Source of the DNA: Candidatus Bipolaricaulota bacterium
GTDB lineage: Bacteria; Bipolaricaulota; Bipolaricaulia; UBA7950; UBA9294
NCBI GenBank assembly: GCA_040752575.1
Contig: JBFMGK010000041.1
Coordinates: forward strand, 1-11,727
Direction of reading: 5' to 3'
Length of the DNA: 11,727 bases
Part shown: in pieces, positions 1-6,134 of the stretch
Layout of the letters: every line of letters begins with the position of its first letter
How positions within the stretch are numbered: the first letter of the stretch is position 1
The notes under the pieces: generated by a model
Seen by the model: the letters and a program-made list of their open reading frames with translations, nothing else
The model's database searches: none
What the model was told of the DNA's origin: nothing
Program-made: the position numbers and the translations under genes

Positions 1-1
1 G

Positions 2-193
2 GGCGACCGTCCCATCTGGGGCCTCCAGCCGCACCCCGAGACGCGGCCGGACGAGGCGCGGCGACAGATGGAGAACGCACTCGTTCAGCATCCCCAGTAC
101 GCCAACGCAATTCGCCAGGCGCTCGCCTCGCCGGTTCGCGACGACGGGACGGCTCCGCAAATCGCCGCCGCCTTCCTCGCCGCGCGTCGCTAG
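2..193 (+). CDS. 3' end (partial) of a class I glutamine amidotransferase-like protein
   Basis: Frame 2 is open from the window edge to TAG at 191-193 and reads GDRPIWGLQPHPETRPDEARRQ...FLAARR*. WGLQPHPE matches the GATase-1 G-x-Q-x-H-P-E motif carrying the catalytic His/Glu. Not in the ORF track. Confidence 0.75.
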   Translation, partial: GDRPIWGLQPHPETRPDEARRQMENALVQHPQYANAIRQALASPVRDDGTAPQIAAAFLAARR

Positions 194-258
194 GCTCCTC
201 GACGCTGACCGCAACGCAGGTCGAGCGACGCCCGGTCGCGCGCTGCCGCGGAGGGAGT

Positions 259-1419
259 CTATTCGAGGGCGCCGAAGACCCCCTCGTAGCCCTGGGCGGC
301 GAGTTCGTCCCGCGGGATGAATCGCAGCGCGGCCGAGTTGATGCAGTATCGGTCGCCGGTCGGCGGCGGCCCGTCGGGAAACACATGCCCGAGATGCGAG
401 TCCGCGATGGCGCTGCGGACCTCGATGCGGCCGAACAGGCCTCCCTCGTCGCGCGTCACGACAGCCTCCGGCGTGATCGGGCGCGTGAAACTAGGCCATC
501 CGCTTCCGGAGTCGAACTTGTCCTTCGAGCTGAACAGCGGCTCGCCCGAGACGACGTCCACGTAGATCCCCTCTTCGTGGAGGTCCCAGTACTCGTTCTG
601 GAACGCGAACTCGGTTCCGTTCTCCTGCGTCACCGAGTACTGAAGCGGGGTCAACGTTCGTCGAAGTTCCTCGGGCGACGGCTTGACGAAGTCGGCCCAC
701 GGCTCGGCCGCGGGGAACAGGGACACGTTCTCGAACCCGGCCCACGCCCGCTCGACGAACGCCGCCCGCCCGGTCGCGGCGCTGTAGGCGCGGAAGTGGC
801 CCGCGTTCTTCAGATAGTAATCCTGGTGGTACTCTTCGGCCGGGTAGAACGTCCCCGCAGGCAGGATGAGCGTGGCGATCGGCTTCGCGAACACCTCGGC
901 CGCCTCGAGCGCGCTCTTCGACGCCTCGGCCAACTGCTTCTGCGCCTCGCTCAAAGTGAAGATGGCCGTCCGATACTGGCTTCCGCGGTCGTGGAACTGA
1001 CCGCCGGCATCGGTCGGGTCGATGTGCCGCCAGAACACGTCCAACAGCTCCTCGTACGATACCCGCCCAGCGTCGTAGCGCACGCGAACCGCCTCGAAGT
1101 GCCCCGTCCTTCCGGTCGAGACCTCCTCGTACGTCGGGTTCTCGCGATCGCCTCCCGTGTAGCCCGAGACGACCTCCAGCACGCCTGGAACGGGCTCGAA
1201 GATCGACTCCATACACCAGAAACAGCCGCCGGCGAAGATCGCCTCTTCCACCGGGCCCTGCACGTTGGTCTCCTCGTTCATCTCGTCCTCCTGTGCCGAG
1301 GCGCTTGGCCCCAGGCCCTCGCCCCACCCCATGAGGGACAGGACCAACGCCGCGCTCGCGGCCACGGCGACGACGCCGCGTAGAACCGTTCGGCGCTTCG
1401 TGCTCTCAACTCCGTCCAT
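259..1419 (-). CDS. msrAB: Bifunctional peptide-methionine sulfoxide reductase MsrA/MsrB with N-terminal export signal
   Basis: MsrA motifs [30 protein letters not shown] and AEEYHQDY; MsrB motifs GEPLFSS, GWPSF, SHLGHVF and [10 protein letters not shown]-terminus has KRRTVLR, a hydrophobic stretch and ASA-Q. RBS-like GGAAGGGAG upstream. Confidence 0.96.
   Translation of the reverse strand: MDGVESTKRRTVLRGVVAVAASAALVLSLMGWGEGLGPSASAQEDEMNEETNVQGPVEEAIFAGGCFWCMESIFEPVPGVLEVVSGYTGGDRENPTYEEVSTGRTGHFEAVRVRYDAGRVSYEELLDVFWRHIDPTDAGGQFHDRGSQYRTAIFTLSEAQKQLAEASKSALEAAEVFAKPIATLILPAGTFYPAEEYHQDYYLKNAGHFRAYSAATGRAAFVERAWAGFENVSLFPAAEPWADFVKPSPEELRRTLTPLQYSVTQENGTEFAFQNEYWDLHEEGIYVDVVSGEPLFSSKDKFDSGSGWPSFTRPITPEAVVTRDEGGLFGRIEVRSAIADSHLGHVFPDGPPPTGDRYCINSAALRFIPRDELAAQGYEGVFGALE
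1287..1292 (-). promoter_or_regulatory. Internal Shine-Dalgarno (AGGAGG) 5 nt upstream of in-frame ATG at 1281 (Met47 of MsrAB)
   Basis: Minus strand reads CAGGAGGACGAG-ATG-AAC-GAG. Confidence 0.55.
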
Positions 1420-1774
1420 GCGTCTCCCTTCCTACGAGCACGCTCAACGAGAGGTTTGCGAGGCTTCCGCATTCCTCTCCACACGATACGCTTGTCCTCT
1501 GTCTATTCCTTTATGGAATACTCGAGGGATGTGAGCACAGGGTGGAGAAAGTGAGAGCTTGCGGCGTTGTTGGACGCGATCGCCTTGGCTGTGAGAGCGC
1601 GCCGCATTGCATCCTCGCGTCCGGACGCGATGCGGCACGGCGCAGCAAGGGGGGCGCATGAGCTTCCACAAGGACCTCACGCAGTGGAGAGCCGGGCGCA
1701 AGCGCGGCCCCGAAGGCCGTCGCACTGGCAGGCAGACCGAGAACCTGCCCGGAAGGCCTTGATCGTGCGTCGGT

Positions 1775-2485
1775 CTACAGCTTGCGCGCCAAGAGCATGA
1801 GTCTGTCGAGCTTCTGGCAGTCTTCGCAGCCGGGACGGCCGTCGGGCGCTTCCGGAAGGTTATAGATCTCTCGGGCGCTCGCGTACAGCGACTCGAGTCT
1901 CTCCGGCTCGCGCCGGACGGGATGGATGTGTACCGAGAAGGGCAGGACAAACCCGTCGTGCGTGTGGATCCGCGGGTCGGCGGCCGTCTCCTCGTCGGTC
2001 ACCGGCTCCGCGTAGACGAGCGCGAGCTTCGACACCCTGCCCATCTGTACGTGCTCGGCGATCGCCGCATAGCCATTGAGCTGAATCTCGTACATCGGCA
2101 GGAGCGCGTCTTGCGCCGGAGTGAACTTCGCCGTCTTGTAGTCGATGATGGCGATCGTCCGGTCGGCAAACGTGAGGATCCCGTCCGGCGCTCCGGTCAG
2201 CAGGAGGTCATGCCCCGGCACCTCCATCCCAAATCGCGAGTGATGTGGAGGGTCGATGTAGCCGGTGATCTCGCCGAGCTGATCCAGCCCGAACGGAGCC
2301 CCCGCGTGGGCGTCGAGCCACGCGTGGATCACGCGCTTGGTGTACGAGTCGATCGAGCTGAAGATGCCGGGGAAGATCTGGTACGGCAGTGTCTTCGCGT
2401 GCAGCGCCAGCCAGAAGCAGCGCGGGCAGAAGCTCGGCAGGGCCATGCTCCCCAGGTTCTTCGCCGAAATGCGCAGTTGCGTCAT
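1775..2485 (-). CDS. PD-(D/E)XK nuclease, Cas4/RecB-like, standalone
   Basis: N-terminal ISAKNL...FCPRCFW, motif II LTGAPDGI, motif III IIDYKT, QLxxY motif (QLNGY) and C-terminal CEDC. No CRISPR array or other cas genes in the window. Confidence 0.85.
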   Translation of the reverse strand: MTQLRISAKNLGSMALPSFCPRCFWLALHAKTLPYQIFPGIFSSIDSYTKRVIHAWLDAHAGAPFGLDQLGEITGYIDPPHHSRFGMEVPGHDLLLTGAPDGILTFADRTIAIIDYKTAKFTPAQDALLPMYEIQLNGYAAIAEHVQMGRVSKLALVYAEPVTDEETAADPRIHTHDGFVLPFSVHIHPVRREPERLESLYASAREIYNLPEAPDGRPGCEDCQKLDRLMLLARKL

Positions 2486-2511
2486 CGCGCCGCCCAGCCT
2501 TTGGTCGACAT
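2482..2511 (-). CDS. Candidate 9-aa leader ORF (MSTKGWAAR) overlapping the nuclease start
   Basis: AAGGAGG at 2518-2524 (minus) lies 6 nt before ATG at 2511. Its TGA overlaps the nuclease ATG (ATGA). Confidence 0.4.
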   Translation of the reverse strand: MSTKGWAAR

Positions 2512-2575
2512 CGACGGCCTCCTTCGCGCCATCCTACACGTCGGGACGCGTCGACGCCGCGAGCCGGGATCCGCT

Positions 2576-2810
2576 CGGGGAGTTGGCTCGGTTCGCCGGG
2601 CACGTTCGTGCGAATCGTGATCGTGTCCCTTCGGGACAGTGTCGCGCGAACGCTGCCGTCGCGGTCAGCGCAATACGTACTATGTCCCCGGAATCCGCCG
2701 GACTTCGGACCGCGCACCGCCGCGAATCGAGCTCGTGTCCCTTCGGGGCAGTGTCCCGCGAGCGCCGGCTACGGGAACCGTAGTTTGGCTCGGTAATGTG
2801 TCCTCGGAAT
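2576..2810. repeat. Repeat cluster 1 of the GGGGACA/TGTCCCC modular palindromic repeat family (REP/REPIN-like)
   Basis: Degenerate 54-nt hairpin 2576-2629; TGTCCC-TTC-GGG(A/G)CA at 2624-2638 and 2736-2750; GCCGTCGCGGTCAGCG at 2655-2670; GTACTATGTCCCCGGAAT at 2677-2694 with a variant at 2793-2810; CGGACTTCGGACCGCGCAC at 2699-2717; CTACGG-GAA-CCGTAG hairpin at 2769-2783. Confidence 0.88.
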
Positions 2811-2948
2811 TCCGCAGGATCCGACGCTTGTTCTCCACGCAAGGCGACGCTACCCTCACCTCCTTGTGTATGATTGGATAGCGTAGCGCCTTCGCAATAA
2901 GCTGAGCCGACCGCAACACTTCAGCCCGAGGCGGAGGCGAAGGAGAGC

Positions 2949-3203
2949 ATGAACAAGCGCAAGCTGCTCGAACGAGCCCTCGTGCATCCAGAGTCTCTTC
3001 GATTCGCGGAGGCCCTTGCGCTTGCCGAAGCGTTCGGCTTCCGAGTGGCCAGAGTGCGGGGCAGCCATCACATCCTCTCCCATCCGAACGTTCGTGAGTT
3101 CATCAACCTTCAGGACGTGACCGGCACGGCGAAGCCGTATCAAGTGCGCCAGCTCCTGGAGCTGACCGAGCGGTATAATCTGTCTTTAGGAGGCGACGGA
3201 TGA
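2949..3203 (+). CDS. hicA: HicA-family toxin (mRNA interferase)
   Basis: 84 aa with FGF...RGSHH (catalytic His) and AKPYQVRQ motifs. RBS AAGGAG upstream. ATGA overlap with the next gene. Confidence 0.9.
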   Translation: MNKRKLLERALVHPESLRFAEALALAEAFGFRVARVRGSHHILSHPNVREFINLQDVTGTAKPYQVRQLLELTERYNLSLGGDG

Positions 3204-3418
3204 AGGACTACCACATCAACATCTTCTGGAGTGAAGAAGATGGCGGGTACATTGCCGACATTCCCGATCTCGCCTCTTGCTCCGCTTTCGGCGACACGCC
3301 CGAAGAGGCACTGCGGCAAGTCGAGACGGCAAAAGAGGCTTGGCTCGCCGCGGCGCGCGCCGAGGGAAGGCCCGTGCCGGTGCCTCGGTACCGTCCTGCT
3401 ATCTATCAAACGAGCTAG
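3200..3418 (+). CDS. hicB: HicB-family antitoxin, short form without DNA-binding domain
   Basis: 72 aa: YHINIFWSEEDGGYIADIPDLASCSAFGDTPEEAL...WL...GRPVPVP is a typical HicB N-terminal fold. RBS AGGAGG lies within the hicA end. Confidence 0.9.
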   Translation: MKDYHINIFWSEEDGGYIADIPDLASCSAFGDTPEEALRQVETAKEAWLAAARAEGRPVPVPRYRPAIYQTS

Positions 3419-3432
3419 ACGGAGCCAAGTTG

Positions 3433-3460
3433 TGATCCCGATTCGTCTAGCTGGGGATCA
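3433..3460 (+). terminator. Possible stem-loop after hicB
   Basis: TGATCCC...GGGATCA 7-bp inverted repeat about 15 nt after the stop; no U-tract. Confidence 0.3.
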
Positions 3461-3465
3461 GCGCA

Positions 3466-3727
3466 CGGGGACATGCCCGATCTGCGAGCCGCGCAAGCAC
3501 ATCGGAATTGTGTCCCCGAGCTGTCCAGGAAAACCAACGCCGGCGCCCGCCTCCTCTCCAGCAGGAAACGCTAGGGCCTAGTGCTGGATTGCAGGCCCCG
3601 ACCCTCTCGCCCCACGCCGCTCCTCGGCCCTTCTCCCTTTCGGACCCCGGACTGTGGTCTTCGGACTTCGGACCGCGCACTGCGGACTGAGTCAAGGTCA
3701 GCGATATAAGTACTATGTCCCCGGAAT
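3466..3727. repeat. Repeat cluster 2 of the GGGGACA/TGTCCCC family, enclosing copy 1 of the 72-bp repeat
   Basis: Hairpin CGGGGACATGCCCGAT...ATCGGAATTGTGTCCCCG at 3466-3518; CGGACTTCGGACCGCGCAC at 3662-3680 (identical to 2699-2717); GGTCAGCG; GTACTATGTCCCCGGAAT at 3710-3727. Confidence 0.85.
3543..3614. repeat. 72-bp direct repeat, copy 1
   Basis: Ungapped match to 5019-5090 at 63/72 positions by manual alignment. Central palindrome CTAGG-G-CCTAG at 3571-3581. Confidence 0.9.
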
Positions 3728-3876
3728 TCGTCGGGATTCGTTCGAGAGTAAAGCTCTGACCCCGTCCTTTCCCTGCCCCTCTTACGTGTCTTCGTCCTAT
3801 CTCTCGTGTGCATGTCTGCTTTATCCAGATAGTATCACGTGGGACCGCCTCGCTAGACTCCCCCGGGGTGATCGGG

Positions 3877-4476
3877 ATGAAGACCCGTCGCATTGTCGGC
3901 AGCATCGTCCTCATCGCATGCATTGTCGCCGTGAGCCTCGGCGCAGACAACGTTCAATCGAACTTCGTTCCCGGCGACTTCGGACCGGCGGCCTCAGCGC
4001 TCGGCGTTCCACAGGAGCACGGGTACTACAACCTCGGTGCGATGCTCGACTTGCTGGTGTTGCGCATCGAGGCTCTTGAGGCACGAGTCGCTGACCAGGA
4101 TGCTCAGATCGCGAGTCTGAGCACGGGTCTCGAAAGCCTATCAGCCGGCCCTCAGAGCAGCATGACGTATACGGACGATCTCCGCATCGCGTGGACGAAC
4201 CAGGTGCCGTCGTTGGCCCGAGACCACGACATCACTCTGGTCTTCGAGACAGTCACCGGAGCTGTCTGCACGCTCGAGGTTTTCTACGAAGGTACCGGCC
4301 ACCGGTCCACCTCGCCCGCTGTCCGCACCCCGCAGACAGCAAATGAGAGGGGCATCGTTCAGTGGACATGGCACCTCAGTGCAAGCTCTGGGCAAGTCGC
4401 ACGCATCACTGTGGTCGCAACTGCGCCCGACGGCCGACAGGTCACAGGAATCTGGAGGTTCGCCGTCGAAGGCTAG
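3877..4476 (+). CDS. Secreted hypothetical protein (signal peptide, coiled coil, beta-rich Ig-like C-terminal domain)
   Basis: Likely start is ATG 3877 (MKTRRIVGSIVLIACIVAVSLGA-D, signal peptide). Heptad segment LRIEALEARVADQDAQIASLSTGLESL. C-terminal beta strands (CTLEVFY, GIVQWTWHL, RITVVAT). The ORF track extends it to 3808. Confidence 0.7.
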   Translation: MKTRRIVGSIVLIACIVAVSLGADNVQSNFVPGDFGPAASALGVPQEHGYYNLGAMLDLLVLRIEALEARVADQDAQIASLSTGLESLSAGPQSSMTYTDDLRIAWTNQVPSLARDHDITLVFETVTGAVCTLEVFYEGTGHRSTSPAVRTPQTANERGIVQWTWHLSASSGQVARITVVATAPDGRQVTGIWRFAVEG

Positions 4477-4511
4477 TCCCAGCGACGCGCATCTCAGTGA
4501 GCGTCGGCGCG

Positions 4512-4726
4512 CGGGGACATGACCCGATTAGCTCGACACGCCCGTGCGAATCGGAATCGTGTCCCTTCGGGACAATGTCCCGCGAGCGCATGCGCGAGAG
4601 CTCGAGATAGGTACTATGTCCCCGGAATTCTTTCGCGAGCGATGCCGTCGCGGTCAGCGAAATGAGTACTGTGTCCCCGGAATAGTTGGAAGCGCGCGGT
4701 AATTAGTACTGTGTCCCCGGAATTCT
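4512..4726. repeat. Repeat cluster 3 of the GGGGACA/TGTCCCC family
   Basis: 54-nt hairpin 4512-4565 (41/54 identical, ungapped, to 2576-2629); TGTCCCTTCGGGACA at 4560-4574; GTACT(A/G)TGTCCCCGGAAT at 4611-4628, 4666-4683 and 4706-4723; GCCGTCGCGGTCAGCG at 4644-4659. Confidence 0.9.
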
Positions 4727-5018
4727 AGCCCTTGTAGATGTAGGTGTTGTGCCATTCGAGGAACTCGGGGGAGGGTCGGTCGGCCGGAACGCGGGGAAGG
4801 CGGATGGTGCCGCCGTGGTGGCGGTAGTAGTCGCGGCCGTTCTCGAACTCCTCGCGGATGCGCCGGCTGACTTCGACGTGCATGGCCGGCGTGATCGTCA
4901 CGTAGCCCTTGTCGAACAGCGCGTGCAGATCGCGGCGAAGGAGGATGCCGTTGCTGACGAGGTGTTCGCCGGTCTCTGAGTAGGGCTTGATATGGGGCGC
5001 GTCGAGGGCTGGACGCTC
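4725..5018 (-). pseudogene. C-terminal remnant of an HNH putative restriction endonuclease (no start codon)
   Basis: Manual translation of a frame missing from the ORF track: ERPALDAPHIKPYSETGEHLVSNGILLRRDLHALFDKGYVTITPAMHVEVSRRIREEFENGRDYYRHHGGTIRLPRVPADRPSPEFLEWHNTYIYKG*. This carries the HNH_2-type H-I-x-P / NG-x-LL-x-x-x-x-H-x-x-FD-x-G signature. The N-terminal part is absent. Confidence 0.85.
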
Positions 5019-5090
5019 GCGCCCGCCTCCTCCCCAGCAGCAAACGCTAGGCCCTAGTGATGGCTTGCAAGACCAGACCCTCGCGCCCCA
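5019..5090. repeat. 72-bp direct repeat, copy 2; resembles a minus-strand promoter plus RBS
   Basis: 63/72 identical to 3543-3614. Minus strand reads TTGCAA-15 nt-TAGCGT, then GGAGGAGG. Central palindrome CTAGG-C-CCTAG at 5047-5057. Confidence 0.85.
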
Positions 5091-5111
5091 GAACCCGCCC
5101 CCTCCACCCTG

Positions 5112-6134
5112 CTAGCCGAAGCCGAGGTAGCGCGCCGCTGCAGCAGCCGCTTGCGCAACCGCCTTGTCACGATCCCCGAGGAACTCGTGGATGTCACGGC
5201 GCAGCGCCCGGAGGTTTGCGTCATCCACCGCGCCCAGGGCATGCAGCTTCATCACCGTGTCTAGCGCGGTCGGGCGCACGCCTGAGCCGCTGTCCCGAAG
5301 TGCGGAGCGCACCATCCGAACAAGCGCTGCCAGGTCAGTGGGTAGGAGACCCGTTATCCGACTAAGGTTGCGTAGTACATTTCTCTGCGACTCATCGTCG
5401 CCATGCGCCAACAGGTCGCGAAGAGCAGTGAGGCCTTGGCGCTCGCCCAGATTCACCAGGCACGTCCACGCGCTCGGGGTCAGTAGCGCATCGCTTGCTG
5501 CAGCAAGGCGGCGGTAAACTGGCAAGAGCTCCGGGCGCAGATAGTACGTCATTCGCTTGGCCACCTGCCTCTTGACATCTATCGCCTGCAGCTCGATGTC
5601 GCCAAAGAGCGCTGTGACTCCGGCGTCAGACCGGATTTCGAAGAGCGCTTCGATTGCTTCCACCCTCTGGGAGGCGGTGCCCCGCTCGTACTGCTGGCGC
5701 CAGAAGGTGACCACATCGCCTGGAGTTACTCCGGGAATCCCGAGAGCCTCGCGAAGCTCACGCGCAAGAGCGGCAACTCGAGCATCGCTCCACTGCGGCA
5801 GGCCAAACCCCTTATATGCTGCGAGTAGCGCCGGCATCGTGCACCCCCTTCTGAGAAGTGGGATCACACGCAGTTTGCTGCCAGCACGATTGCGTCCCAT
5901 GGCGGCGGCGACCTCAAGCTGCACCCAGTTGCTGGCTAGAGCTCGCCGTGAGAGGACAACAAGGAACGCGTCGGCGTCGCACAACGCATCTTCTACGCCT
6001 CCCTCGATGATGTCACCCAACCTCATGTCGTGGTCCCACCAGACTGGAACCCCATGCCGCTTCAGGGCATCAACAAGCCTCACGACGAACTCGTGGTCCT
6101 TATGGCAGTACGATACAAAGACGTGGCCAGGCAT
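5112..6134 (-). CDS. TIR-domain protein with C-terminal HEAT/ARM-like helical repeats
   Basis: Likely start ATG 6134 (RBS GAGGGGG). TIR motifs HVFVSYCHKD, VWWD, FLVVLS and SNWVQLE (catalytic Glu), plus RVIPL. HEAT-like repeats QRVEAIEAL, LRDLLAHGDDESQRNVLRNL, ALRDSGSGVRPTAL and FLGDRDKAVAQAAAAA. Confidence 0.85.
   Translation of the reverse strand: MPGHVFVSYCHKDHEFVVRLVDALKRHGVPVWWDHDMRLGDIIEGGVEDALCDADAFLVVLSRRALASNWVQLEVAAAMGRNRAGSKLRVIPLLRRGCTMPALLAAYKGFGLPQWSDARVAALARELREALGIPGVTPGDVVTFWRQQYERGTASQRVEAIEALFEIRSDAGVTALFGDIELQAIDVKRQVAKRMTYYLRPELLPVYRRLAAASDALLTPSAWTCLVNLGERQGLTALRDLLAHGDDESQRNVLRNLSRITGLLPTDLAALVRMVRSALRDSGSGVRPTALDTVMKLHALGAVDDANLRALRRDIHEFLGDRDKAVAQAAAAAARYLGFG

Noticed and set aside
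197..245. GC hairpins between the convergent GATase and msrAB genes as an intrinsic terminator
   Set aside because: Imperfect stems with no U-tract on either strand.
4611..4723. Three tandem 18-mers resembling a mini CRISPR array near a Cas4-like gene
   Set aside because: The repeat is short, spacing is uneven (55 and 40 nt), one 'spacer' is itself a repeat module found at 2655, and there is no cas1/cas2.
2576..4726. Classical integron attC array
   Set aside because: No RYYYAAC/GTTRRRY boxes at the hairpins, cargo in mixed orientation, and no intI in the window.
2208..5043. ORFs crossing the repeat clusters that share peptides such as FRGHST, YYVPGI and SCPFG (2208-2717, 2534-2842, 3447-3950, 4654-5043)
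   Set aside because: The shared peptides are translations of the DNA repeats in different frames, not a protein family.
3415..5115. Accessory genes all ending in C-TAG (hicB, secreted protein, HNH remnant, TIR) as a possible CTAG target site
   Set aside because: The housekeeping gene ending at 193 does the same, and C-ending codons are common at high GC. Too few cases to separate from chance.
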